DNA of 64,000 nucleotides from assembly GCA_001662655.1 (NCBI GenBank), contig KV460210.1, one strand, 5' to 3'. This document shows, piece after piece, positions 25,995-42,650 of the stretch. The notes under the pieces were generated by a model. That model was not told the DNA's origin, ran no database searches, and saw nothing but the letters and a program-made list of their open reading frames with translations. Numbering within the stretch: position 1 is the stretch's first letter; every line of letters starts with the position of its first letter. The position numbers were made by a program, and so were the translations under genes. Origin of the DNA: Pseudogymnoascus verrucosus. Lineage: Eukaryota.

Positions 25995-28900
25995 TCCTTA
26001 CCTAACCAACTACAACCACACACCATCAACTCCCCTCCATACGAGCTCCTCTACGAGTAAGGTAAGTAAGTCCCTCCATCCCCTTCCATCCGGCCTAGTC
26101 CAGCCCATCCCAACATCTCAAAGAGGCAAGCATCCCCCTCCTATATTGACAGACCAAAAAAAGCCGTAATCATAGTGTGAGCCCAGTGTGAGCCCAGTAT
26201 GAGCCATTCGTCCCTACCATTCGTCCCTGCCATCCACGATCGCCAACCCCAAGAACAGGCAAGACAGACCGTCCCATCACCCCATCCCCCTCACCCTCAC
26301 TCACAGGTCACCCGGTCACCCCCCGCCGTGTTTCCAAGCCGCTTGGTGTGAGATGCGCTGGGCACAAGACAAGATGTCGGTAACCAACGCCCGGATTCTA
26401 CCCTCCCCTATGAATGACCAGCCAAGCTGTTTTTACCACCAGCCACTTACTAGTCCCGTTACTCACTCACTCCTCCCTTGAGATCGACGCCTCTCGACGC
26501 TCTAGGAGGAGGAGGGGGGGGAGGGTGCAAGCTAAATCCGCCCGGGTCGTCCCTTCCAAGGCCCCGCGGTACCATTCGATTCAGCTTCAAGGGATGGATG
26601 GGTGGGCTGGTTCAGTTGGTCAGGGTATATGTGGGAGTGGGCGGGCGGGCAGCCTGTGTAGAGACCACTCACTCACTACCGAACCCATCTTATTCGAGCC
26701 AACGTGATGGATGGGGATCTTCCTTTCCCAATCCTTTTCGATTATTCAACTAATCTAGCCTCCGCGGAGTACATACTACAGTATGTACCCCAGCTCAGTC
26801 GGGTATGTCAATATAGATGGTCTGAAAATGATTAAGACTGCCGTATCGCACTATCCTACTCTGCCATAGTAGTCTACAGCAGTAGTGGACGGTAAGTGCG
26901 TACGCGTGGAGTGCTTCTAATGCTCTAGTACCGTACCGTACCGTGCTGTGCTGCTCTGATGTGTGATGATGATGCTCCTTCCCTCACGCCTTCGTCGCAT
27001 ATCTCCAGTCGCGCACAATCGAGGCTCCCTCCCACGCACCATCGCGCATCCTGTCCGTACGCCGTACGCAGATGTACAGTGCAGGTTAATGAACGCCTCT
27101 GACACCATCACCCAAACTTCCCGCATCGCATCACCTCGGCCTGATGCACAGTCTGCAGTCCGTCTAGCTGCAGTCTCACATTCGAAGCACCGCACGCGGC
27201 CCAAACTCCTCCCACATGCTCAGTTTTTCTCAAACACTCACCGTCTTTTCTCTCGATCGGTGTAGGTAGGGGCCGCGGAACAATATACCGCCCGCCCCCC
27301 CTGCTACTCCGACTCCCGCTCCGGCGTGCATATGGGAGGATGAGATAACTCCGCAGTAGTGAGGAACCTAACTTAGGTCATGTCTACCATCTTACCACCC
27401 TGTTGGGGAGGATGTATTACCAAAGGTACAGGAGAGTGCGTGTGTGCGTGTGCGTCCATACAAGTAACATGCCTGTCAGCTTGCAGCTACTTACTTACCT
27501 TACTTTGCTATTACCAGAGAGCCAACGGGGTTAGTGAGAGTATCAGCCTGCATTGTCCGGGGCTAGACTGGCTCAGGTTCCGGCCGTTTACAAGGGTTTC
27601 ATCTCCGCTTCATCCCCGGACCTATGCCATGCCATCTCACAGAACCTCGAAGCTTTGTCAAACCACGGAAGAGGATATATTGACCATCCCAACGGACGTC
27701 GTCTGATGATCAAACTCCTCTCGGAATTGTAACTCGAAAGTCGACGGTAAGCTGCTCATGCCATCAGCCTTTCCCCCTTCCCCGAGCACCAATTCCTCAG
27801 CAGCGGCTTCCAATGTTTGCCTTTCCGCCAATGGATGCCGCTGCTGTAGTGTGCCCTTGACTCTCTCCCTCTTACCTTCCCGTGGCCGCTCTCGCACCAC
27901 GTATCTCATATTTCCGCGAGAGCGTGTCCACAGTTGATCACACCGGTAAGTTACAGCAGCTGAGCAAATACCGGCTGCACGTCCTTCCCTTCCGCCTGAG
28001 CCACAAAGAATACGTGTTCGATTGACAGACGATGACCGTGGCCAGGAACATGGATTTCGGGCCGTACCGTTGGCAACTGGGCGCTTGAGACGAAAGCAGC
28101 AGCTCGGTTCCCCCCCCAGCCCCAGGGAAGGTCCACGGTCGTCTACCAGACTTTTCGATCACTCACCGCCACCAACCTCCCCCCCTCTCCGGCTTTTTGT
28201 GGTAGGCCAAGGGATGCAGGACAAATAGGCGGGAGCGGGTAGGAGGGAGAGACGTGTTCGATTCCCGAGGTGATAGGATGGGCGGGGTTTGTATTTGGAA
28301 AAGTGACAGAGTGTTCATTTTCTCGTTGTCCGGCGTTGTCTCGCCCGAGCTTCGACCGACGTCGTGCGTGCGAGCGCCGATGATGAATAATCTGGGGATG
28401 CCGTTCAGGGCCGCTGAGATGGAGGGCTGCTGGGACGACTGCTCGGTGACGACACTGGGTCTGTCTCTATATATATAGCTATGTGCGACCGGTTTATGGG
28501 ACCTGTAGAAGCGTACGGCCACGTGGGGGGAGAGCTGCAACAGTCCCAGAAGAGTGGAAGGTGCATTGATGGGCGCAAAAAGATTCGTTCTGGTGATGGA
28601 AGCTTATCATTATGGAAGGGTTATCCCAAGGCTCGTGGGGGCTCAGCCTTGTGTGTCACGTGATGTCGATTTGGGGGTATATTGCAATCGGAGGTCAACC
28701 TTCTGTGTAAGGTCTATTGATCATTCTTGAACTAAGATCGGGGCTCGTATACTTTGTAGTAGTAGATGCTACCTTCTGTTATGCAGTACTTTGAAAATTC
28801 TCTTTGAGGTTTTATTTTAAACTCATATGGTTGGCGAATATGAATCGATTATATTTCCGGTAATGAAATAATAAAATAATTATTTCCCTCCCACATTATC

Positions 28901-29489
28901 GAATCAATTACCATTCTTCAATATCCAATCCTTCAATATCTAAACCATCACATGGATATTCATATCCATCTCAACATAACCTCAGTCCTTACTACGGCTC
29001 CTCGCTCCTCGCACCTTCCCCCCATCTCCCACACCTCCGCGGATCTTCCCGCCCCCATCAATCGCCACTGCCAACCAACTCACCCAACGCCGCAGCCTAA
29101 CGGCAAGGCTGAAGAACTTCCCAAATTTAACCCATCTCTCAACCTACCCACTCAGTCCCCCCCAATTCCAAAGCGACAATGCTGCGACGATAACACCCAT
29201 AAATACTGGCAAACCGCTGTTTTACGTTGATATTATAATTGCAGTTTGCATAGCGAGGAGATATTGAGTTTGGTATGTAAGTCACCCGGCCGCTGTAACT
29301 GTGGGTGAATTGGAAGAGTGAGATACTGACGCCTTCGCAGCTACTTCCCCTCACCAAGCCGAATATACAATTGCCCAGCCAGCCTCCTCAGAATCCGAAT
29401 ACCCCCCAAAAAGACACTGGAGTTCGGAGATTTTGCTATACACGAAGAGTCGAAAGCGGGGGCTTGTAATAGCTCGTTTTTTATACACG

Positions 29490-30092
29490 ATGTCACAACC
29501 GTCACCAACAGGCGTGGTGATCCCAAAGACGCCCGCTGCTGCTGACGCTGCAAACTCAGAGTTGAGGTCGGAGATTAACGCTCAGCTTATTAAGGATGGG
29601 CATATTGAACGGTACGTCTCGCTCCCCCTTCCCCCCCCCCCCCCCCCAACCGACCCCCAATGACATAACCCCCCCCGCGCACCCTCCCCAACTACCACCC
29701 ACCCACTAACACCCAACAGCATCCACAACCACCTAAAACACATCCTCTCCTCCGACGCCTCCGACTGGCCCACCCGCATCCAACAACACGCTCTCGCGCT
29801 GCTCCGCTCCCCAGACTCAGAATGCGACACCTTCCCAAGGCTGATGGAGCGGGTGATGGCGGATATTAGGGAGGATACTAATGCGGCGCGACGGGAGGCG
29901 GGGGCGAGGAAGAGGGCCGAGGAGAGGGGGGAGGTTTATACTGGGAGAGGGGAAGGGGGGGATATGAGGGATACGAGGGATAGGAGGGGGGAGAGGGAGA
30001 CAGGGGGGTTGGAGATTCCGGGGGTGGTGATGCAGGAGGGGGTGAGGATTACGAGGGAGTGTTTGGAGATGGTTGTTGAGGTTAGGCCTTGA
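29490..30092 (+). CDS. Small helical protein, possibly Sus1/ENY2-like (intron about 29612-29719)
   Basis: The spliced product reads LRSEINAQLIKDGHIE|RIHNHLKHILSSDASDWPTRIQQHALALLRS…, similar in pattern to the ENY2 helical repeat. The intron has GTACGT, CTAAC and CAG signals. Confidence 0.6.
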
Positions 30093-30255
30093 TTTTGGGA
30101 GGGTTGACGAGGGAGGATTAATTGGGGAGATGGGGACAGGAAGGATAATTGAAGATGGGAGAAAGAGGTTAAAAGAGAGCTGATGGAGAGGGGAAGGAGG
30201 CATGGGGGCCGGATAGAAGTATGCATTTGGGAAATCGGCGTTTTTGGATATCGAT

Positions 30256-30283
30256 TACTACTACTACTACTACTACTACTACT
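30256..30283. repeat. (TAC)n microsatellite
   Basis: About nine tandem TAC units read directly. Confidence 0.9.
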
Positions 30284-31087
30284 GATGGGAGGGGCGTTTC
30301 GGATACGCAGCATTATCATCACTTTCCTGGCGGAACGCATAGGTTTCGCTGGATGTTAAATAAATAAATACACAGGACGGGTGCAAAACATATATTTTTT
30401 CGGGAAGGGCGTGTGAGTGTTATGAATGTGATTGTGGGGAGGTCGGAAGGGAATTTTTGGGAGATGATTGGACTTGATTGTGGTGTTATGGAGAGGAAGG
30501 GGGAAATTTATATTTGATTGTAGCTGATGATGATACCGGCTTTTTGAAGTGAATCTGCCTGGACTTGGTAATTTAGAGGGAGCAAGCTGGAGTTTTTGGT
30601 TCTCTATTGAGGGCCTTCGAATCTTCGTAGCTCTTTAACCTTTTTTATATCCCTTGGGAAGTCTGTATGTAAACCATAGCTCGCACAGTATAGAAAAAAT
30701 AGTCTGCAGTTCCCTACATCCTTCATATAGATGTCGAAGTTGAGCACGTATATACTGTGACGCTGAGGATGATTCTTGAACTTATGGAATCGTACTTTGT
30801 TTTCGAGAGGAATTGGCTGATGAAGTGAGGATGGACAAGAAGAGTCTATGATATACCATACCATGCCATGCTGGATACCTTATATGGGACTCTTGATGTA
30901 TTAGTTGCAATTTACAATCTCGACCTGTAGCTCCCCTTCACACATCACAGCCTCAAAGAGACAGAACAAATAACAAACCACCCATAGATTTTCTATACTA
31001 CAACAAATCCGCTCTCTCCCCCCCCCACCAATCTATCTATCAAATCTCACATCCCCCATTCCGTACAGTCAAGTCGCAAACACACAT

Positions 31088-32053
31088 TTATCTGTACTCC
31101 GGCTTCACGAAATCGGCAAACGTCTTCGGCTCCTCGAGCAGCGGGTGCGCGTAGCCGTGGTCGTGTCCATCATCGTGGTGGTGGTGGTCGTGGTGTCCGT
31201 CGTCCTGGGGTCCGACGTACTCCATCTTGTAGACGGAGCCGCACTCGGGGCAACGCTCGACGGGGCGCTCGCGGGACATCTGTTGGGGGGGATGTAGTGT
31301 TAGTTGAAGTTACGGATATGGTGGGAAGAGGTGGAGATGGGACGTACGGTGAGCCAGATGGTGACGTGGGAGTCGGCAGGGGAGCCGGTGCAGCCAGCGT
31401 ACTGCTCCTCGCCGAAGGACTTGACCATGATGGGGTCGGCGATGGTTCCTATTTATAATTAGCATTCCCATTCCCCTTTCCGCATCTCGAGTATGTCTCC
31501 AAGATTGTATGCGCGGGCCGGAATTCCTCTCTTACCGGTACGGCTGGAATCCAGAGGCCTCATGTCGAAGATATCAATCCCCTCCATTTTCCCCAAAATC
31601 TCAACACGCTCGAGACCAGTCGCCTGCTCGAGATCGGTGGAGATGGTACCGGGCTGGGCACCCTGGGGGAGGAGATCATCGTGATCCTTGATCTCTGCAT
31701 CTCTATTAGCACCTATCCGTCACCCAAAAAGATTGTTGGCGTTTTAGCGGGCCGTAGGACATACCAGAGAAAGGCTTCGCCTTCGCAGCGACGCTGTACT
31801 TGTTGGCCTCCTCTACACACACGAATTAGCTTTCAATCCCTCAATCCCCATCTCCACGAGCGGCGATGAATGCGATTGACCCCTCTATCCCCCTTCCTCC
31901 CTCTTCCCTCCTAAACCGCATTCGCCCGACACCACCTCGGGAAAGCCTTCCTCGGAGAAACTTACGGCGAACAATTGCGCTGGAGAAGCTGCGCCTGATG
32001 GCTGGGTTGACGGCCGCGCGGCGGGCCGCGATCACGGTGCGTTGGAGGAACAT
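31088..32053 (-). CDS. COX4: Cytochrome c oxidase subunit IV (COX5B family), multi-exon
   Basis: Presequence MFLQRTVIAARRAA, then PPGAQPGTISTDLEQATGLERVEILGKMEGIDIFDMRPL, GCTGSPADSH and ERCPECGSVYKM zinc ligands. Confidence 0.93.
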
Positions 32054-32669
32054 TGTTGGGCTGGCAATTGAGGTGTTGGAGGAGGTGCTGGAGAGCTGGT
32101 TGGGCTTGGTGGTAGTGGTGTTATTTGATGACCGTGAAGCCGAGCGGAGCTAGTGGGATAGGCACGTGACTTTGGTATGAATTTTTGGGTCAGCGCCGAG
32201 GAAATGGCTAACGAGAGATTGGATCCCCGTTCCTGGGTAGGCGATGACGACAAAACTTTTATGGCTGAACTCGGATTTATTCAGTTGGTTGTATTTACGT
32301 AGGAAATGGTATGGTCACATATGTCACGATTTAGAATTTCAGTATTTAGATAGAGCATGCTATTAAACAATCTATGGCGATACGACCAAGTAGCAAGAGA
32401 AAGCAACGACTCCCATCCGTCTTATCTAACCCTCCCTTCACTCCCAACGCTGTCCTGTAACTCATCGAATATTCATATCCCAAACCATATCGCTGCTAGA
32501 TGTGTAGGTCGGCCGACCCGGAAACTCGAGTCGACCTTGCTAACCTCTAGAGATACTTGCTGCAGAGGAGCGAAACTCCTGGAGAAGCAAGCCCGATCAT
32601 GCCCTGTGACACCCACCAGACTGAGATGCAAATAAGAGAAAAATAGAAACGTATAGAGTACATGGTTAA

Positions 32670-35419
<2,750 letters not shown>

Positions 35420-36748
35420 GGTGATGATGTGAGCTCAGATCTGGCGATAGACAAGTGGTATGAGTAGGATGTCCTCGCGGAGCTGTGAATGTATTGCTCT
35501 AGTGAAGCAAGTAAGATATTGGGTCTGTGACTGCACGGAACAGTTGTGATGATATGTCACAGACAATAGAAAGTGTGATGGTTGAAGTGAGGAAGATGGG
35601 GTTTGGAGTTGTGAAGTGTCCAAGTATGATGATGTTGATCAAGGTACAGAAGCAGCCCAAGCTTCGGTGATAGGTACCGTAGCCTACTAGCCTCGCTTAA
35701 GTGAACTGACTCTTGTTGCTTGTCGCCGCTATCCTCCGGATTCGACAGAGTTCCAGGGCGATTATGAGAGCTGGCCAGTGCGGATTGTTAGCGGTGAAAT
35801 GTGGCCCAAGGTTGGCGAAACCAGGCAACGAGAGGGTGCGTGGCTACTTTTTGAAAATGGGCGCAGAACCTGATGATTGTTCACTTTATTTTATTTCTTC
35901 TGAATCACGCTTTGTACTTTATGGCCTTTTTCTGCTTTGAAATAGGGCTCTGTGTCACTTGATATGCAGATAGACTTTTTTAATCGCTAATATTTCCACT
36001 ACAGTACTTTTTAAGACGTTTCTAGAAGCTCACCCGTCCAAAGTCGCCTTCTTGCTTCTGAGGTGATTCCAACCTAGATTCACCAGACCAAAATCACGTG
36101 ATAACAAGACACGTGACATGATTTTATAAAACACTTTTTGAGAACAACCAAATGGTTGTCTGAAAACAACAACAACAATACTCCATGCAACCAGAAAATG
36201 CTCGAAACTAGGCTTAGACAACGGGGGAATAAATACAGAAACGGATGTTATAGTATGACAGGTAATAGAGGACGCCTAGAAGATCCTCTACGGCGGAAAA
36301 GATAGCGACTGAGAGAAACAAGCTTCCAATCCAGACTATGTGCCTTGAGAAACGGATAACGACTGAAAGAAACAGGCTTCAAACAATTCCTATGACTTGA
36401 GCAACAGAGGAAGAAAAACGCTACATCTTCACCAGAAAAGATAACGAGTGTGAGAGACGAGCTTCGAACAATCCTGACTCGTGTGCCTTAGGTAATGGAG
36501 GATGCCAAAGGCTTCATCACCACCGTAAAGGAGAACATGTGTGAGAGACCCTGCCACGTCTGCCTCATCTCTATCAATGGCCGCGTGCATCCTTTGACAA
36601 AAAAATAACGAATGTAAGAGACGAGCTTCAACAACCATGCTTCATGCGCTTCACCTATGTCGATGCCGGCGTGAATCTCAGGAGAAACGGTTGTGATACT
36701 ACCAACTTATGTTGGGTGATATTTGGCCGCATCGACCAAGCCGAAATG

Positions 36749-37559
36749 CTACCACGTACTCGACCTGCTCAACGCCGCTTCGCAGGTATCCATCTCTGCA
36801 TCCGCCTGGCTCCTGGACACTTCTGGCCATGAATTCAACCTCATTCTCCAGTCGATGATGCGTAACGTTGGGGATGCAGGCACACGCGAGTAACGCTCTG
36901 CAGCCAATGCCATGGCCGATACTGGATATGGGTTGCGACCTCTATTGTAGAGGAGTCCCCCCGAAAGCATCAAAGACAGGAACTCACGGCTCTGGCCGAA
37001 TGAACGGGGTGATCCTGGAGTCGGGATGGTCGAGTAAGGCATACCAGACGACGATATGGTCGAAGATGGCATGTCAGAAGACGGTATGGTTGAAGACGGC
37101 ATGCCAGAAGACGGTACGGTAGAACAAGGCAAGCCAGAAGACGGTATGGTCGAACAAGGCAAGCCAGAAGACAGTATAGTAGAACAAGGCAAGCCGGGAG
37201 TCGGCAGAGTCGGTCGAAGCGAGCTAGGGATTGGTGTAGTCCAGCTTCTAACCGGAGAGCGAGGGACGAAAGAGGAAGTTGTTGGGTGCCCCGGAGGACT
37301 GGCGGCAGACGCCATATGGTTGCCAACGCCGTTGAGCCGTGGCTCGTATGGGTTATATGTGCATCTTCGTTTCGGGCTTCGCTCTGGGCTAGAGTTTTGG
37401 TCTTCGGAGCTGCAGGCAGAACCCTGCATCGAGCGAGTTTCACTGGGTTGGTTAGCAAGTGGCCAGTCTGATCTGCCTCCCGTGATATGAAGCTCACCTC
37501 AGGCCTGGGGTGAGGGGTCTTGGTCGTCCCATTGACTCGTCGCTGTCGTACCCCGACAT
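36749..37559 (-). CDS. Hypothetical Ser/Pro-rich protein with 10-aa tandem repeats; 3' end uncertain
   Basis: The ATG 37559 exon (MSGYDSDESMGRPRPLTPGL) splices via GTGAGC…GCTAAC…CAG in frame into the 226-aa ORF. Further 3' exons are possible. No family recognised. Confidence 0.45.
37017..37213. repeat. 30-bp coding minisatellite, about 6-7 copies (encodes PSSG[L/M]P[C/S/Y]ST[I/V] on the minus strand)
   Basis: GAAGACGGTATGGTCGAACAAGGCAAGCCA variants recur at a 30-bp period. Confidence 0.9.
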
Positions 37560-39723
37560 ATTTGAAGTCGAAACCGGTGGCGGATAGAATGGATGAACAG
37601 GCTCAGGTCCCGTGCCGGTATTTGGAGTCGATGGCGGGACTTATGCTGCAAGGCTAGACTTGAAGCTTCAACGATGTGGCGATTTGCTTCGGGGTTTATT
37701 TGGTGAGTGGTTAGCAGCTAGAAATGGTTGGATAGCAACTGAGGGGGCAAAATTAAAAGAAATGGGGGGATGCAGGTGGTATTTATTTAATCAAAGCTCC
37801 GAATCACCCCAAAGCTGCCTGCACCAGCAGCATATCAGATCTGGTCTCTGAAAGGCTGGCAAGGCTGCGCCGCGTCCGGCGGCTGGTATTGGAAATCCTT
37901 CGGCATGAAACCTTGAAACGACGCCCACGTAATTAAAGCGACTGAATGGTTCGACCGGACGGCCAAACCAGGTCTGCATCCCATTTGTTGGGCGTGACCA
38001 TTGCAAAATTTGCATCCCCAAGGTGGTGTTGACTGAAATGATGACGCTGAGGTGGGGGAACCTGAGGTGTGGGGAGGCTGTGCGGGTAGCAAGGCTAGGC
38101 CCGACGACAACTTTCCCTATCCCCAATAACAATATCCATGGAAAAGGAGATGAAAAATGACGATTCTAGGCCTCCGACAGTGCACTAGCAGCGAGCTGAA
38201 GCCTGATCCTTCTCAATGTTGAAGTTTAAACCTTCCATCCTTCATCCGGCGTCAAACGCGATTGGCTGTGGTTGTTGTTGTTGGGGATGCTGGTGCGCCC
38301 AGTGCCCAGCCTCAGCACCAGCCACAGTAAGCCCCCGTCTTGCTCCTGCCATATCACGATAATCGAACTATTGATCCAGTACGTACAGTATAATGGCGTC
38401 TTGAAAGAGGCCAAGTTCCAAGAAATACTCTTATCCCCCTCGGTCCTACTGGAAACTCCGTGGGGCCGGCTAATTGCTGAATCTGCTGCTTTTGAGGATG
38501 TCGAGATGACCTCTCATTTACCCGGACCGTTTTGATGCTCACGAGAACCTGAATTCTCGTGCTGAAGAAACGCAAAAGACCTGCCCTCCAATCATTCCAG
38601 CAGCCTTACCTTCGGTCAAGCTTGATGACCGTTCCTTGTTCCTGCATTTACAGTTTCCTCCAGTCTCGTGCTCCCGGTATGTGTCAGCGAATTGCTCCCC
38701 GCATGAGAATCTCAACGGCAAAGAAAGCGTATGGCAGGCAACAGCCGGGCCAGAGATTACGGCACGGGAATCAAGCATTTGCCGTGGAATTAAATCCCTC
38801 TGGTAATGCTGGGAAACCCATGAAGCAGCACAGCCTTATCGCTGGATGAGTTCTGCAGGAGGCCCGAAAAAGAGTGCTTACGACATGGTCACTTTGATAG
38901 GCCTGGTAGTGCATTGCAAGTCTCGCGGTGGCGGGACGGGACGTTAGTGTCAGCGACCTCGAGCCAACAAGGACGACACCGACGATGCCATGTAAGCAAT
39001 GCCCAAGGAGCAGCTCCAGACCCGCCCATCCGTCAGCCGCGCAGCTCGCGCAAGTCGCGCGTAACTCATATCTCGGTGGCAAACTTTGGGGAGACACAGG
39101 GATGCCAAGCGCTAAGCCCATGTCAAAGGATCCTTCAACACGGCCACGGAGTAAGAGGATGGTGGCAAACCCGATCGGTGCTGATGAAAATGGAATGCGA
39201 ATATGCTTTCCGCCATGTTAATGCGCCTGGGCTCTTCCTGTCATCCACTTTCCGAATACGGTTCGGACTTAAGCTCATGGGGTGAATCCTGTGATGTCCG
39301 TGTATTTCGTATACCCTCATGCATTGTGGCGTTTTGGACACCCCACTTCTGCTGTTATGGGATTCGAGGTATGGACTACAGGCCAAAGCGTCAGCCTGAA
39401 GCATTCCTGCAGTGGTGGCCTTGGGACAGAGATCAAGCTCTTATTTAGCCTGAATCGTCGTGGTATGGCTGGTAGGTGGCGACAAATGGCACAGCAGACT
39501 CGCTGAGGTCGGAATCACTCCACACCAGATGGCACCGGACATTGCTTCACTGGTCTATTCCATTGACAGCCGGAGATTGCAAATTTGAATTCCGTGAACT
39601 GATTTTCTAAATTCATAAAATGGTATTCGAACGCTAATATATCATTATTAAGCTACTCCTTTAGTGCTCCATATCACCGCCGCCGGATGCGTTGGATAGG
39701 CATCCCCAGGTATAAGTCCCCCA

Positions 39724-40686
39724 CTACGTGACCAGTGTCGCTGCTGCCGGGTGCGTTTTATAAGATTTACTAATCAGAAGCCCCCCCTCCGTGCTATCCT
39801 TGAAGAAGCAATTATGCCCTATGGCTAGGTTCAACACCGAGTCCCAAACGACACCCACGCATGGAGCCCCGAGTTCTATCAGGTTGATACAGCCCTGGAC
39901 GCAGCCGTCGAGGCTGGTAGCGTTTATTCCCCCAGTGTCCTTGCCGGGGGCGAAGTTGGTTTCGCAGTAGAGGTCGAAGTTGAAGGCAGTCCCGGTGTTG
40001 GAGCTTTTGATGGCGCGGGAGGTGCCGTTTATGGCGGGGCAATCTAGAGGCAAAGCGGTGGTTGGGACGGGGCCAGTGGAAGAGGTAGTCGTTGAATGAG
40101 GTTGTGTTGTTGTTGTGTGGGAAGCTGACGAGGGTTTTGGTCAACGGGGATGCTTCGATAGCTGGCCTGGGAGAGCCAATGCCTGATGGGATAAATACCT
40201 GTCTTTGTGGGAGAAGTGCCACTGCTTGATGATCCGGAGACGGCAGGGTTGTCGACACTATGTGCGTGTTAAAACCGTTGATTTCTTGCCGGCGGGGGGC
40301 GATAGCAATATGGCTAGCTGGGAGGCTTTCGGAATTGGAGGCACTCACTTCTTGTTGCTTGTCGAATGTTTCGACCCAACAACTCCGCCAACGACCGCGG
40401 CCACAATGACAGCCACCAGTATGATGCCAGCAGCGATAGCGAACGTGCGCTTCCTCAACCCGCAGTATGTTGCGGTTCCTTTACGATGAGCCGGCTGGGC
40501 GCTCTCTAATCCACCACCAGGAGCAACCTCGATGCCTTGGTATGCCGGATCTCCTCCCTTTTCTAATTTTTCTACCCCACTGCTGTGCGCAACCTCTAGA
40601 CCTGGTTGCGGCGGCACCACCTGAAGCCCTTCGTGCGCGGGGACGACCTGCAGGCCTTCGCTTTCGGGGTATTCATTCCGGGCCAT
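39724..40686 (-). CDS. Single-pass membrane protein with Ser/Thr stalk and C-terminal Cys-containing (PAN/apple-like) domain; two introns
   Basis: Repeated EGLQVVP at the N-terminus and TM segment CGLRKRTFAIAAGIILVAVIVAAVVGGVVG. The C-terminus reads FDLYCETNF…LDGCVQGC…CVGVVW…NCFFK. GT-AG introns at about 40258-40348 and 40126-40199 restore one frame. Confidence 0.75.
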
Positions 40687-41310
40687 GGCGACTTCTCATA
40701 TACGGATTCCTGGCGTGTAATCGCACGGTCACGCTTTGGATAATGGCTGATGGATTCTCATATGGGGAGAGTGGCTGTAGGGCGACGTTTGAGAAATGAG
40801 GCGAAAAGAGAGAAGAGTTCCGATGGAGGAGATAGCCAAGGTAGAGATGTCTATCACTGACAGGAAAGCTCGACCAAGGCCAAATAGACCCCCACTTGGG
40901 TCTCCTGGGGTAGAAGCCGCTGGTGGTGGCGGCCCATCGAGCTATTCAGGGGGACGGCATGGTTTGAAATCCTTCATTACTGCCCTCGCGGTGCCGATAG
41001 GCACAGAGACACAAGTCTTGCATTCAGCTCATTTTTATACCCACAAAAGTTTACTCACTGAGGAAGTGAATCGCAATAACCCCTGCTAGATCTGACAAGA
41101 CCCTTGGAAGGTGGGTGTGGCGCATGCCTGTACGTGAGATTAAGCAATCATGGCATTGGTCCGTGGTTTTACTACTTCCCAAAATGTCTAGAATACCCCA
41201 CTAAGCGCCTGGAAGGATGATGATGATCAATTGCTCGCCATCACCACTGTGTTAAAGCTTCTATTATTATTCTCACCGAGACTTCATAATCCTACGAATC
41301 TGCTACTACG

Positions 41311-42650
41311 TTATTCTACCATATCCTCTGCCGACCTCAATCCAGCCCCATAATCGCCCGCGTTCGGCGTGCGCAAAATTGTGTGAACATGAAATTTCTC
41401 GGGCTCGGTATTTGATAAGAAGACGCCCGAGTGATGGTCGAACTCCATAATGATAACCGAGCTCTGGATGCGGTAATAGAATGCATCGTCGTTGCCCCAC
41501 CTGCCAATCCAGCAAAAATACGTCTCGTTGAGATGGTCGGCAACTTGCTCCAACCGGATTTTCCGTGCCGCATCAGGTAAATATAGCACAAAGTGATAGG
41601 CGATGTCGAGGATTAGCTGCTTCTGCTTGGCCGTGAAGGTAGCCGCAGATACTCCTTCGAGAGGCACAATGCGGTTGTCGCGGAACGCGCCGCAGACGTG
41701 GCGCTGGTCGTCTGGGTTCCAGCGATCTTTCGCCAAGTCGCCTGATTGGAGCATTGCGGGGTCCCGGAGGAGTTTGAAGATCTGTGCTTTCTCCTGGGAC
41801 GGGCCGGGGAGGCTCTGCATGAGCTCAAGGCCGAGGTTTCCCTCGTCATGAAGGATCTCTGTTCCTGCGAATGGGCCGGCATCTATTAGATTTGGCTCGG
41901 CGCCGGTGAAGGTTGGGGAGATGACGATTTGGCGGCCATGGAGGAAGACGTTCAGACAGAGGTGATGTCCGTATAGGGACCAGCCCCATGGCTTATCTTT
42001 GGACGGGGTGCCAAAGACGAGGAAGTTGTAGGAGAGTTCGTTCATGATCTTGGGAAGTTCGCATATTTGCCCAAGATACTGGTTAATGCGCATAGCTGCA
42101 AGAGCCTTTTCATACCCCTCTTTGGAAAAGGTCGCCTTGAGGACATCGAGGACAGAAGCCGCGGCTTTGGCATCTACCTCCTCGAGCCGGAGCCCAAGTG
42201 GTCGTAGGAGTATCTCTGGGTTTGACCATGCTCGCCATTCTTTGGCGTTTAGAGGAAATGAAACCTTCTCTTTCTGCTCTGGGTTGATCTGATCGAAGAC
42301 TTTGTCTACTGCTGTTACGATAGACTCAATTGGCACGCCTTCATCTTGTGGCTGGAACAAATTCGGGATGACATTTCCTGCCTTCTGGTCAATATCAGAC
42401 TCCCAAGTGGAGATTGGGAGGGAGGCAAACCATCCGTTGTCAGTCCCTTATATGGTTCTCGTAACAGCTCCTGCCATGTCTGGGTCAGATCGTAAAGCCA
42501 AGGTGGGTTGTGCGACTTCTGGAAGTTCTCCGCGTATTCGTAACAATCCTGAACCTTTGCGGTTTGAAAACGCAGAGTGTTAAGGTCTGGAATGTACTTT
42601 CGAAATCCCGCGGACTCCTTACCCTGTTCTATGCTGTCCTTTGAGCCCAT
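41311..42650 (-). CDS. DUF3500-family protein (one intron near 42377-42431)
   Basis: WRAWSNPE, PWGWSLYGHHLCLN, ISPTFTGAEP, YYRIQSSVIIMEFDHHSGVFL and FHVHTILRTPNAGDYG match my recollection of DUF3500 motifs. Multiple conserved His residues. Confidence 0.85.

Noticed and set aside
37600..39700. Cluster of 60-120 aa ORFs on both strands
   Set aside because: No recognisable domains, codon bias or consistent splice pattern; treated as intergenic.
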